A stretch of 58,701 nt of DNA, the filler included, from Sphacelaria rigidula (taxonomy: Eukaryota): assembly GCA_964200075.2 (NCBI GenBank). It is 7 parts of 7 records of this genome, joined end to end, with 100 filler letters (N's around TTAATTAATTAA, not from the genome) between each part and the next. Parts side by side here need not be neighbours in the genome. Positions count along the whole stretch, not along the records: positions 1 to 8,301 come from CAXNAA020011603.1; positions 8,402 to 16,702 come from CAXNAA020011604.1; 5 more parts are not named here. One strand, given 5' to 3'. A program made the translations under genes and the position numbers. The notes beneath the pieces are model-generated. The model saw nothing but the letters and a program-made list of their open reading frames with translations. It was not told the DNA's origin and ran no database searches. This document shows positions 1 through 11,739 of this stretch, in pieces. The stretch's first letter is position 1. Each line of letters begins with the position of its first letter.

Positions 1-1148
1 TGACTGTAACCTGCCCTATTAACCTCTGCGATCCCCCGTACCCTTCGCCGCTGCCCCCGATCAATAATTTTCGCAGAATCATGCAGAAGACGTGCAAGAC
101 GTATCTCTTTTATGTGTCGATGCTCGGCGTGACATCAAATTGCGCAGAGTTGGCGATTTGTGTACGCCTCGTACTGTCCCTCAAGGGGAAGAGCACGGAT
201 GGGGTAGCGGTGGTCTTGGAGTCTACCGAGACTCAGCATCCGATGCTCGTTGTATCGCTGATTGCCGTTCAGCACAGCATGGCGTTTTTGTTTTGGTCAG
301 CCAGTTCCAAGTGCTCCCGGTGTTTTGCAGCTGATTTGTTGATGCGGTAGGATTTGTTTTCCCGTGTTGATGGGTCATAAGCTATTCTTGATGATTCCTT
401 CGGCTCATGTTTCGAGTGCATTTTCGGAAATCCGATGCGGTTGGCGAGAGTCACTGGCAAAATCGATTTGCTGCAGCTCATAGACGGGAGGCGCTCCATT
501 GGCTTCGTGCAAGAGAATATGTGATGATCCGTTGCCATCGAGGGTGAGATGATGGAACAGAAAATCCAGGGTCCCACCACGTTTCGCGATTTTTCTCGGC
601 ACGAAAAGGCGGGATATCAGCAGTCATATCACACGCGATGACTTGCGCTTTCAAAAACAACGACGGAAACTACGGCGAAAGTTTTCAACAGAAACGTGAT
701 CTCAAGATATCCACGAGCCCCTAGTCCACACGAATGGTGGCATCAACCGAAATTGCGAATGAATTCGGGCACAACCTGGCTAAATCGTATCTTATACTCC
801 AACCGCACGACTCACTACTCTGGAGACCTCTTGAACGGTGCATTCTTCCATAAATGCGCGCCTGTGGGCCAGCGCGCAACGTTGTCCAACATTATTCTGC
901 CATTCCATTCAGGCAACGGGTGGCGGGAATATTGCAAAATGCTACACCTGTAAACTTTTCGTCTCATCATCGGAACCGGCGCAGCGAGACAGTTATGAAA
1001 AGAACCTCACTCTCGATCGTACTTTCAACGCTCGATTTCACGGAAACACTGTTGGATTTACCGGCAGGATTTTGCACCAATGTGCAAGGTAAGCGTTTTG
1101 TCCATTAATGATGCAGACACTCCCCGCCGCTGATAGCCATCCAAAGCC

Positions 1149-1194
1149 TACTCTCAATCGTATCATCTACTCTCAATCTCACGAAAACATTGTT
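1149..1194 (-). mobile_element. Terminal fragment of the ~300-bp AACA-ended MITE family
   Basis: The reverse complement AACAATGTTTTCGTGAGATTGAGAGTAGATGATACGATTGAGAGTA matches the TIR seen at 9262, 25039 and 38703. Confidence 0.7.
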
Positions 1195-2569
1195 TCAGGC
1201 TATCGACCACTTCCAGACCCGTCGCATTTCTCAACCTGCGTGCAAATCTGGGTTCCAATCTATACAAAACTGCTTGTCGATAGGACTGGGGACTGGTCGT
1301 TATGGGGTCAATCGCCCGTTAAAGTGGATTGTGAAAAAGGGGAATTCCCTTCGTTACGAAGGGCCCTAACAGCTCTAGTACTCTCTCTCCTTCATGCCGG
1401 TGGCTCAGATGGCACCAAAGAAGGCGAGTCCCATCGCTCTTCATTGAAGGCGTCTGTCTCTTCTGTCCCTTTTCCATTACATGCCAATGTTCGAAAGGAT
1501 AGGAAAATTGGAAGCGCGAGGCGAAGCAGAGCGATCTTTATGATCATAATTCCAATATATTATATACTATATACAGTATGATAAACTCGGGTGCGGGCGG
1601 GTGCGGGCACTACACACTCATTCCAGTATAAATCATTAGGACGGGTATGAACAATAGGTGAAAGTGAATGTGAAAAATACCGGAGCATTGCGTGCCCGGG
1701 CAGTAGCCGCCCCCGTGCAGGATACAAAGATGAGTAGAAGTTCTCGCAGACGAGCTTACTGCATGATCGCGACTATATGCTGGCTCAGTGAACACATCGT
1801 GAGACATTGGTCACATTTTTAGCTTGTTCCGTCCACGATTGAGGGCAAAATCAGAGTCTGCGTCCCGTTTTCTACTTGAGGTATATATGACGGTTCAACT
1901 TTGTTTTTTACTGTACTGTCAAAAGAGCGACTTGGCCTCGGCAGGCAAGTAGAACGTTTATTCTACATAGACGGCCTCCGAGGAAAATCTCGCGGTACAG
2001 GACGACTGTCCGAGAGGCACATACCCTTTAATATACCGAGGGGGTAAAGTCCCCAACATCCAAAGTCAGAGAGGACGGGGCCACATGCCGAACTGTATAT
2101 GGTCGGATGCGGTCGTCACGTTTGACGATCACAACAACAGTGTAGTCTCTATACTCTTGGTCGTCTTGGCTGAATGCATACTACTGTTCTTACTGTCTGT
2201 ATTTGATTATCACACCGGGGGGGTTGTCCATCTCGGTCATGTACACATTTTTGATGTGAAATTGATGTTAATTCAATCCATGACCTCCTCTTGCTGCCTG
2301 CGGTCTTGTCGGTACGGTACTATTTTCTGCATCCCTTGCACCGGCAATCATCGGCGTCGGAAGCTTTCAACTCCAGACTGAGACAACACAACGTCAGCAT
2401 TCAGCGCCGTATTGCACTAGACTTCGTTTCACGTTCCTCCTTGTGTGCGAGAAGTTGTCGGTGCACCCACCCACCGATAATCAGCGCCGTGAACTCTCTG
2501 TTCTTGATGCCGTTACGCACTGTCTGTACGCTAGTATAGATAGACTGCTTGCACCAAGTAATCATCTGC

Positions 2570-3125
2570 TTGGAAAACATTGTAGGACCACCGCGATCTC
2601 GCGTCCGTTCGAACGGTCGCGAACGCAGGTGTACCCCCCCACACAAATTCTAGCACGAATCCGGGCAATGGACCCATAGCCCCTCCCCCAAAAGTGCATG
2701 GTTTTGGGAGACAAAATCTTCACGTAAAACGAAATGAGAACAGCCGAGCACAACGAGAAGCTGGAATTTCCCACGCTTGGGGTCGTTCTAGTCAATGTCC
2801 CCAATATGGGGCGCTTCATGCAACCTGAACCCAAACATCATCAGGCGCTGTATGGCCATTTTTTTTCGAAACACTTTTAGCTGGTTTTTTGGGGGGGGGG
2901 GTATCGTAAAAAGTGTGAGTCATCTCTCCGGGCGGGTGCGGAGGAACTTGCACACTAAAATCAGCACTAAAGATTGTGGACGCCTCGTTACAAAGTATGC
3001 TTGACGCTCGTGAGTTCGAAATATTCCATATATATACTACAGGCCGGTCGGTCCAGAGCTCCGCTCCGGCCCTGCCCGGCTTTTTTTACGACTCGGGTGA
3101 ACCGTTGCCAAGCCCTCGTGATAAT
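2570..3125 (-). mobile_element. Two head-to-tail fragments of a Helitron-like non-autonomous element
   Basis: 2570-2680 and 2930-3035 are the reverse complement of 9812-10050. 3040-3120 is the reverse complement of the hairpin-bearing end at 10080-10168. 2815-2915 also matches 16610-16702 in the opposite orientation. Confidence 0.6.
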
Positions 3126-3340
3126 TTTATCCTCTTTTGCGATTTTCATCATCGAGTAGAACCAAACGCACGAAATAGTCTGCAGGACTACGGGTATGGT
3201 TGATGAGCAAAAGTGCATGAAAAAGACAGTAGATCGCGTCGACAAAACTCTTCGAGCCATATCACTGGCGAGGTCGGAGAAGCTCCGGCCCCGCCCATTC
3301 GTGGGAATTGATCCTCCCCTCAAATTTTCAGTACGTCGTA

Positions 3341-3877
3341 CAGTAGTGGGCGCCTGAACTTTCCATTTTATAATTTATTCGTAGTTTTCTTCGGAGTGGG
3401 CGATTCTCTTAGGCTCTTGCGCTTGCCAACGCTCATCATATTGGGGATCTCCAGATACTTGTATCCGCTCCACATTCCAAAAAAAACATCTATACTTGAA
3501 TATTGAATGACTTATGAGCTGAACGTTCCTCGGGGGTCCTGACATGTTTCAGCCCAGATTATGACTTTTCGGCACTTTCGGTCGATCTAGCCTGTTCCGA
3601 TCGTATTTGTGAAGAAATGTACAGGTTTATTTTCTTGAAATTTTACCTACTCATTGCACTAGATCCGAAAAACTTTGATTCACGCTCAATAACACCCTCC
3701 TGATGAACGGGGTATTTACTCGTATCGCCAGATAACACCAACTAACACTAACGTGGGCACTGGGGGGGAAGACGATTTGTTCGTGTTACCCAACTCTACC
3801 GACGCCAGCACTTTCGAGTTCTGTCAAAGAGTACGAAGACATTTGTGAACAAAAAATAGTTCAGGCGCCCAGTACTA
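3341..3877. mobile_element. Tc1/mariner-like non-autonomous element (MITE)
   Basis: 20-bp TIRs CAGTAGTGGGCGCCTGAACT (3341-3360) and 3858-3877 match at 18/20. TA flanks both sides (3339-40, 3878-79). The internal core is shared with 10935-11285 and 17660-18050. Confidence 0.85.
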
Positions 3878-4597
3878 TACAACAAAACACATGAAAATTC
3901 TTCAGAACTGCGGGTATGAGCGACGTGCAGAAGTAACAGTCATAGATTATTGACGAAACCACTGGCCCCGCCCGTTCGTACCATCACAAATCGACAACTT
4001 GACGTTCTTATTAGAAACCAACGAGTATCAAACTGTCTGCAGGTAGGAAGACGGGCGTTTTCATAGACGAGAAACTCTGTGTTCCCCCGTGGGCGTTACA
4101 TGCGATCCCAAATACTATGCTGTCCTTCTTTCAAACCTGGCGGGCGGACGGGGAAGCCGCAATCCCTCGGGTAAGGAGAGTCATTTCAACCATGTCGACG
4201 TACTTTGAAAAAACGAACTCTTTCGTTTCCAAACGTATTCCGAATTTGGGTTCATAACAACATGTGATATTATCACCGAGTGTGACCTCTATAGGCAGAC
4301 GTCTGTAGACGGGAGGCAGTCAGTAGAGTACATCAACGAAAGCTCCAGATCGCAGCTGACGCACCCCCCTGCACGATGCTAGCAACTGTCAGGTCACCAC
4401 CATAGGTATCTTTTTTCACTCTGCATGTCAAGATGGTCTTCACAAGTGTTTGATCTCTCGTGCACTCCCTCCAACTGGCGTGTGGTCAAGCGCCCGGTTG
4501 GGGGTGGCGGACAATCAACGATGAATAACACCCCCTAAGTTCATATTGGATCTATCTGGTTTTGCCGCAGCACCGTCCTGGCGGGCATGTGTGTGAC

Positions 4598-4954
4598 CTA
4601 ACCCAGTAGTAGCGGTGACGGGAATATTGCCCTGTTGTTCAAGGACATGTTCTTCAGCGCACAGAGGCGCGTGCTGTCCAGAAAGAGAGCCAGAGAGAAA
4701 ATGATCTTCGCATCAATGATGAGGTGCTCAGGCAAGACGAAGAGACGAGATCTCTCCGCAGGTCGGCCTTTAGGCACAACACGGGAAATTCGGTTCATGC
4801 TGGTGACATGCATAATGCCAGTCCCTCGAGAGTTTAGGTATCGCCGAGCGAGGACACACAAAGGACACGGGCGAGGAGCTTCCTCTCTGTCGTTGCTTCT
4901 CTCTCTGGTAATATCGCCATCGACACGCGTGTACACCGCATTCGTTGGGTGCAC
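4598..4954 (-). pseudogene. Possible decayed LINE C-terminal zinc-knuckle remnant
   Basis: PCPLC followed, after a frameshift, by RDWHYAC. This resembles the CxxC...H...C motif downstream of LINE RT. The match is weak. Confidence 0.3.
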
Positions 4955-5084
4955 CTAGCCCGAACTGCCCAACTCCTCCTGCGGACGTTTGGGAGAAAAC
5001 ACCTTCCTTTTGTGCTACTGTTTGCTATTTTCCCAATGGAAGCGATTTGCGAGTTGAACCTCACCTTATAGTTCAACCCCAAAA

Positions 5085-5158
5085 ATTAGGATCGGCTGTT
5101 AATGGTCAAACGACTAAGGCAAGCAACAAATGAGTACGCCCCCACCCCCTCCCCCCCC
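5085..5158 (+). mobile_element. Extreme 3' end of a LINE, followed by a poly-C tract
   Basis: GTTAATGGTCAAACGACTAAGGCAAGCAACAAATGAGTACGC (VNGQTTKASNK*) matches the 3' ends of the copies at 16915-16982 and 21025-21499. Confidence 0.8.
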
Positions 5159-5771
5159 GAAAATGATCGAAGGCACTTGCGGACGGTACGTCGCTCGGGT
5201 TTTGTCGCAGCATACTGGCTAGCTTCCTCAAACCTCATTTCATCGGTCAACCTAATTTTATAGAATCCCCTTTTTATTGATATCTAGTATTTTGTCCTGT
5301 GAGAGTAAAAGTTGCATCGTGTCACAACTCAGGTGTGGTCGTGCCGTGTATGCTTCTTTTGAGGCTCGTGAGGAGGCTTCGCGCTTGAGCAAGAAGCTTA
5401 GAAGGACAGGCTGATTTGTTGATTATTCACCATGATCACAGAAAAATACCCTATATATAACAGATATATATATATATATATAAAGAAAAAGAGGTAAATG
5501 TACCAATTAAGGTGCGCTTAAGGCACCCGGCGGGAAAAACTCTGGTTCGTGGGAACCACGACACGTAAAACAATAACCAGAGTATCCGGAGATTATCCGG
5601 AGAAAGACAATTTAATCCTCTATGACCCAGGTTTTTCTAAATTGAAAAATATTGAAACCACGTTGCAGGAGTAGATGTGGAATATGGCTCTATTGACGTA
5701 CAAATGCGGCCAAAACACCCTCAGTTTCAATTACGGTACCTTTATGCAGCAGTTGCTTTCTCGCGACATTA

Positions 5772-6430
5772 GACGTCTCAGACCTTCTCCTTTGGTACAA
5801 ATGTTCATGAGATTAGTACGGCCCGTTATAAAAAAATTAAGCGAAAAAATTAATCAGGGGATGAAAACTGCCTATCCCCTATTTCTCGGAACAAATTTCG
5901 CCATTAAGTCGGTGTTTGGCGACGTCGTACTCGACAAAAACTAACGATTTCCTTTTTCTTCTTTTTCAACCCATTGATATACGTTTTGATAGTAATCTCC
6001 CAAAAGCTAGTGCTCATCGGTTATGATTAAGTTACTCTGTCACGCACGTTGAGTTGTGCCCCCTAATCATTCATTTTTCACCAGAAATCGATAACGCCTA
6101 CGAAAATGGAACACCTGGGACGTTTCAGGCCTTCTCTTTTGATACAAATGTGTATGACACTAGTGCGGTCCATTTTGCAAAAAAAAATCCGGGGATGAAA
6201 ATGGCCTATCCTCCAGCTTGGGAAAAACTTCGCCATTAATTCTGTGTTTGGCAACGTCGTACTCGACGAAAAAGTTTTTTTTTTCTGCTTTACTAACCCA
6301 TCGGGATACATTTTGACACTAATCTCCCAAAATTTGGTGCTCATGCGTTACGATTAAGATACTATGACGCACGTTGAGTGATGCTCCCTAATCACCAGAA
6401 ATTGACAATGCTGTGAAAATGGAGCACCTA
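5772..6430 (+). repeat. Diverged ~345-bp tandem duplication; third diverged copy at ~7950-8270
   Basis: Repeated blocks GGGGATGAAAA..GCCTATCC, GTGTTTGGC(G/A)ACGTCGTACTCGAC, TAATCTCCCAAAA and ACGCACGTTGAGT. Confidence 0.8.
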
Positions 6431-6471
6431 CAGGTTGGCTCACGGAAAAAAACCCAAATACACTCATCGGC

Positions 6472-6750
6472 AAAACTTCACGCCGTTTCAAGGAGTTAGA
6501 CCCTGAAAATTTGCACAGGTTTTCTATGGGTCATTACGCAACTTTGCAAGGACGAGGTTTTTTTTCGTTTTGACTACTTTCACCGTTTTTCCGGGGTTCC
6601 AGTTTTGTCGGTAAAACTTCGATCCAGTCGGACCCCCATAAAACGGTAAATAATGAAAAAAAAATTCGCCCTTGAAAAGTTGCGTAATGATCCATAGAAC
6701 ACCTGTGCTCAATTTCAGGGTCTAACTCCGCAAAACGGCGTGAAGGTTTT
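6472..6750. repeat. Inverted repeat with ~95-bp arms (foldback)
   Basis: 6472-6565 is the reverse complement of ~6657-6750. A further diverged arm lies at ~7060-7130. Confidence 0.8.
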
Positions 6751-8301
6751 CGCGTTTGTGCGATGAACCTTGCCGTGCCACGGTGAAACGGCAAACTACT
6801 AGATTTTGGTATGAAAATGGCGCTTCAGGGCCTTTTTCGACGTGAACATGAAAATTCAAGCACCAGTTAATCGAGTTTGGCCACGAAAATTTGTGGGGTT
6901 CTGCCTTGGGTGTGCGGCGGCACAGCGTTTGCGAAAAAAATGAAAAAAAAAAAAAAAAGAGCCCGGTTTTTCGGGTGCCCGAATGGGTATACCACAAATA
7001 AGCGACTTGGATCCCGTCGGATCCCCGAAAAATGGTCAACAATTCAAGAAATAGAAAAACCTCCTTGATCGAAACTTGCGTGATGATTCATAGCACATTT
7101 GTGCAGAGTTTCAGGGTCCAACTTCTAATAAATGCGTCAAGACTGCGCGTATGTGCGAGGATGTGAGCTTAAAACGTGCAAACTTCTAACTACTTGGTTT
7201 GAGTATGAAAACATCTTTTAGGGTGAATTTCACGTCAAGGAAGGAGAAATTGTGTGAGATTTTCGAGTTTCTCCACCAAAAATTGTACATGTGTTCCTTG
7301 GACCATCCTGGGACGCATCATGTTATAATTATTTTTTGAGTCATTCTGTACCATCTTTCAGGGGTCGTTGTACTGGGACCCCCGGAAGCCGTTAGAGAAC
7401 GGAGAAATTTCGAACCCTTGCCAAGAACACATTTTTTTCATTTGGAGCATCAATACTTACGGAACTGCCAAATTTGAGGATGATCTGAGCTTTTCTACAA
7501 CAGATACAGGTGTAATCGTCACGAGGCTCCCTGGGTCTTTCCTGCGTATCATGAGGGGAAATTAGACGACGCCAAACTCCACATCACCGAAAAATTATGG
7601 TTTCGGGTATGATTTGACCCCGTTGGAACCGTTTTCGAATCCGTTTCTCCCGTTAGATTCTGGAGGTGATGACGGTCACTACGATTTGAAGCATGTGGGG
7701 ATTCGGTGGAAATTGGGCTTGGAAATCGTATTTTCAATTTCGAAACAGTTTGGAAGGCGCTGATTGGTCGAGACACATTTTTGTCCATAGCGCCACCGCT
7801 ATAGCCTTGAAAACAAATCTGGCTATGTCACCCTCTTTGTCTATTCATTGCGGTCAGTATGATACCATGTATGCAGCTTTTGGGTGCGTATTGCACAAGG
7901 CATTTGCACAGAATTTGAGTTTTTTCCCGTGAACCGGCCTAAAGAGCTAGGACGTTCCCGATATTTTCCTCTGGCACAAACCTTTACGCATCGCAATGCA
8001 TCACAATGCCTCACAATACATCACTTTCTGGCACCAAAGAGGGAAAAGAGGCAATTCGGGGAATAAATTGGCCTATCCCCGGAATTTCGGAACAAATTTG
8101 AGCATTCTTCTCCGTGTTTGGCAACGCCGAACTCGACGAACAAGTTCGCAGAGCTCTATGCTTTCTGTTTGTTCAGAGCTACCCAACTAAGTGGGATTAG
8201 TTTTGACATGATTGTCGCAAAAAATTGGTGTTCGACGGATGTGACCGAGTTACAATGAAACACGTTTGCTGCGCGCACCGCGCGACGCAACTGGACGCCC
8301 C

Positions 8302-8401
8302 NNNNNNNNNNNNNNNNNNNNNNNNNNNNNNNNNNNNNNNNNNNNTTAATTAATTAANNNNNNNNNNNNNNNNNNNNNNNNNNNNNNNNNNNNNNNNNNN
8401 N
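8302..8401. other. Artificial contig linker N44-TTAATTAATTAA-N44
   Basis: 44 N, a 12-mer with stops in all six frames, then 44 N. Identical at six positions. Confidence 0.98.
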
Positions 8402-9081
8402 GGAGATTGGTGGGGATATACGGGGGGAGGCGGCGGGGGGGGGGGGGGCGGAGGGAGAGGAGCGCGGGGGCGATCACCACGAGTCCACAGCGCTTCGGTA
8501 TTCTAAACTCACTCACATACACACACGTGGGCGTATCTTTCATTTCCCCCCCCTAAAACTGTTTTTCTGTGCCACGGCAATGTCACCACGGGCGCTAGAT
8601 TTCTGGAAAAAGGGCTAATGATGTGACAAAAAAACAACAGCAGCAACAACATATGTCAGCTTCTCGCACAAGTAATCTTCTACTCCTCTACTCTAGGGCC
8701 GAAGCTCGTAAGAGAGGGCGGCGCGTGCACTGCGCCGAGTTGACCGGGGGTTGTTGTGAATCGGACCCGTACGCTGCCTTAAGCAAAGCTTGCGAACGCT
8801 CAAGGCGTCTACCTCACATGAGTCAGTCAGTCTAGCCGAGCCTCCGGGTAATCGGCACACGAACCCGCTTGCGGAGGGTAAGTGGTGGGTCAGGTTTCCT
8901 CCTTCCTTTAAGGAAAATAAAATAAAATAAAATAATACTCGACTGTGACCTCAGCAAAACATCCCCCCCACAAAGATTTGTGATTGAACCCTAGCCCGTT
9001 TCTCTCGTGCCTGGCCCTTGTTCTGTAAATGTAAAGTTGGGGGGGGGGGAATGGTAAAAAAACAAGAAACAAAAATAAACC

Positions 9082-9222
9082 ACACCCTGGACAATGGATA
9101 ACATTGTCGAAAAATGTACTGCGTACAGTATGGAGTTCATCGTCTGTTGCAATAAACCCATAGTCGATACTGTACGCAGTACACTTTTTGACAGTGTAAT
9201 TTATTGTCATTATTCAGGGTGT
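9082..9222. mobile_element. ~140-bp palindromic MITE, copy 1
   Basis: ACACCCTGGA...TTCAGGGTGT termini and an internal inverted repeat GTACTGCGTACAGTAT/ATACTGTACGCAGTAC. Homologous copies at 13047 and 15564. Confidence 0.8.
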
Positions 9223-9261
9223 AAAATAAAACTAACTGTAGCACGTATATGCATTACAGTA

Positions 9262-9558
9262 AACAGCGTTTTCGTGACATTTGAGAGTAGAGCGCGGATT
9301 GAGAGTGGCTTTGACCATTCGCTTTAACTCAGCCATTTTTTCATTCTGTGTGTACTTTTCTTTGCCTTCATCACTGCCGTGCGCTTACAGCTACACCTTG
9401 ATATCCTACTCGGGGATATCTAGGGCCTCAGTGGCAAGTTACTACAGAAAGATTATCGGGCCTCGTGGAGGGGCATTTCGGAACTGAAATGAATGATTCA
9501 GTAATTGACCGCTTTCACTCTCATCCGTTTCGTCTCCTCTCAACACGAAAATGTTGTT
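9262..9558. mobile_element. ~300-bp MITE with AACA...TGTT ends and 4-bp TSD (AGTA)
   Basis: Imperfect ~45-bp TIRs. AGTA at 9258-9261 and 9559-9562. Full-length homolog in the opposite orientation at 38403-38703. Confidence 0.8.
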
Positions 9559-9568
9559 AGTACTGTAC

Positions 9569-9637
9569 CTGCATGTCCCAGAGCTTTACCAGGCACGTCC
9601 ACCCTCCCGTCGCCACAGTACTTCCCTCGGGCGAGAC
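9569..9637 (-). CDS. PRPF4: Internal exon of U4/U6 snRNP protein Prp4 (first WD40 repeat): VSPEGSTVATGGWTCLVKLWDMQ
   Basis: TTTTTTGACAG acceptor and GTACAG donor, 69 bp, phase 0-0. Continues in frame from exon 12700-12891. Matches the recalled human PRPF4 segment [20 protein letters not shown]. Confidence 0.88.
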
Positions 9638-9783
9638 CTGTCAAAAAATAATGAAAACAAAAAGAAAAACGAAAGTAAATCTGGAAGAAATCGAAAGTAT
9701 ATCGTAGTAGAGAAAACAATCACTCAAAAGGATGGGTACTGGGCTACCACTAAACAAATGCATGCATGCATGCATACATACAT

Positions 9784-9785
9784 AG

Positions 9786-9819
<34 letters not shown>

Positions 9820-10168
9820 TTCGAACTCACGAGCATTATGCATACTTTGTAACGAGGCGTCCACGATATTCATTGCTGATTTTAGTGTGCAAGCTCTTCT
9901 GCACCCACCCCGGGGGATGACTGTTCGGGCCAATGCCAATCCTAGGGGCCCGGTTCGCGGATTCGTGCTTTATTTTGTGAGGGGGTTCACATGCGTTCGC
10001 GACCGTTTGAACGGACGCGCGATCGCGGAGGTCCTGCAATGTTCCCGGCGGGCATGAACATTTCGAGAGAGGATGTATCCTCACGAGGGCTCGGCAAGGC
10101 AAGAATACCGAGACCCTCGAAAAAGACGGACGGGACCGGGGCGCAGCCCCGGGTCCCGTGCGGCTTGT
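9784..10168 (+). mobile_element. Helitron-like non-autonomous element within a CATA microsatellite
   Basis: (TA)n-rich 5' end, no TIR, strong GC hairpin ACGGGACCGGGG-CGCA-GCCCCGGGTCCCGT (10130-10159) ending ~9 nt before CTTG|T. Homologous copies in contig 1. Confidence 0.6.
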
Positions 10169-10218
10169 ACATACATACATACATACATACATACATACAT
10201 ACATACTTACATGCATAC
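10169..10218 (+). repeat. (CATA)n microsatellite
   Basis: Direct reading. Confidence 0.95.
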
Positions 10219-10302
10219 CAAAGATGCTCCCCGTATGACCCGTACCAGTATGGCCCATATGGATTTCCGTACTAGCCGGTATCCGTACGCCCCCCGTAAT
10301 TC

Positions 10303-10885
10303 CTCACATCATACTGGTGGATACTGGTGATATTGCGTATTTTGCAGCCTCATACTGGCGAATACTGCGCATTTTGCCGCCTCATACTGGCGGATACTGG
10401 CGATACTGGGAAATTTGCGGCCTCGTACTGGCGGATACTGGCGATACTGGGTGTTTCGCCGCCTCATACTGGCAGATACTGGCGATACTGGGTGTTTCGC
10501 CGCCTCATACTGGCAGATACCGGGGATACTGGGTACTTCGCCGCCTCATACTGGCGGTACTGGGTATTTCGCCGCCTCATACTGGCGGATGCTGGCGATA
10601 ATGGATATTTTGCGGCCTCGTACTGGCGGATACTGGCGATACTGGGTAATTCGCCGCTTTGTACTGGCAGATAGTCGCGATACTGGGTATTTTGCCGTCT
10701 CGTACGGGTGGATGTTGGCGGTATTGGGTATTTCAGTGTCTCATACTGATGCATACATGCGATAATGCGTATTATGGAGGATGACACTGGCGGATACTGG
10801 GCATTGTCGCCGCCTGGTACTGGCAGATATTGGCGATATTGCGTATTTCATTGCCTCATACTGATTCATACCGGCGGATACTAGG
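10303..10885 (+). repeat. 41-bp minisatellite CCTCATACTGGCGGATACTGGCGATACTGGGTATTTCGCCG (array 1)
   Basis: About 14 degenerate tandem units with GATACTGG sub-repeats. Confidence 0.9.
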
Positions 10886-10934
10886 TACAATACCCCACGT
10901 CCAAAGTGGGGCAATTGGCAATGTCTTACGATAC

Positions 10935-11285
10935 TGGCGATTTTCTTAGGTTCCTTCGCTTGCCACTGCTCATCACATTGGGGACCTGAAGATACTAGGA
11001 CCCGCTCCACATTCCAAAAAAATATCATATGTGCTCAATATTGAGTGACTTGCGGGCTGACCGGGCATCGAAGGTCCTGGCATGTTACAGCCCAGATTCC
11101 GACTCTTCGGCATTTTCGGTCCATCGAGCGTATCCCGATCGTATTTGCAAGAAATCGTTAGTTTTTATTTAATTCTACCTAGTTATTGCACCAGAACACA
11201 ATAACTGCGTTTCACGGTCAATAACACCCTCCTGATAAACGGGGTATCTCCTCGTATCGCCCGATAACATCGACTAACACTGACG
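10935..11285 (+). mobile_element. Nested fragment of the Tc1/mariner-like family seen at 3341-3877
   Basis: Shares CCGCTCCACATTCCAAAAAAA and TCAATAACACCCTCCTGAT.AACGGGGTAT with 3400-3750. Confidence 0.75.
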
Positions 11286-11564
11286 AAAAACCTCGTACTG
11301 GTGGATACCGGCATCCACTCCATCCAGCACGATACCGTGTTGATGGGGTAAACCAAAGAAAGTTAACGTCCAAGCACGTGCAGACCTCGAGCACTTAGTA
11401 TCCAGGAGTACCAATTCACCTACGAACAGCAGTAGTGTAAGTGTATCATTTCCCCATCACACAAAGCAACACATAACGCAGCAGAAAATACCATGGGGCT
11501 GGTGTATGTGGGGGTTGACCAGTGGGGTCTTCTTCGTGTGTGTCTATGTGGGGCAGAGTGTTTT

Positions 11565-11715
11565 TCGCTGTACCTTGATACAGGTACTGGAAAATATGAC
11601 ATATCTCCAGAGTATTTCTCGCTGTACCTTGATACAGGTACTGGAAAACATCACATCTCTCTAAAGTATCTCTCGCTGTACCTTGATACAGCTACTGAAA
11701 AATATCACATCTCTT
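11565..11715 (+). repeat. 54-bp tandem repeat, ~3 copies
   Basis: TCGCTGTACCTTGATACAG(G/C)TACTG(G/A)AAAA repeated every 54 bp. Confidence 0.9.
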
Positions 11716-11739
11716 TTCGGATTGATGTCACTGAGTATT

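Noticed and set aside
81..1581. Cluster of ORFs at the window start
   Set aside because: No recognisable domain and no consistent frame or splice pattern; ORF 1108-1581 runs through a MITE end.
8346..8357. TTAATTAATTAA recurring every ~8.4 kb (piggyBac-site or PacI-like periodic signal)
   Set aside because: Embedded symmetrically in N-runs; an artificial six-frame-stop linker.
8790..8850. Hammerhead ribozyme (CTGA motifs on the minus strand)
   Set aside because: No CUGANGA/GAAA core with the required stems.
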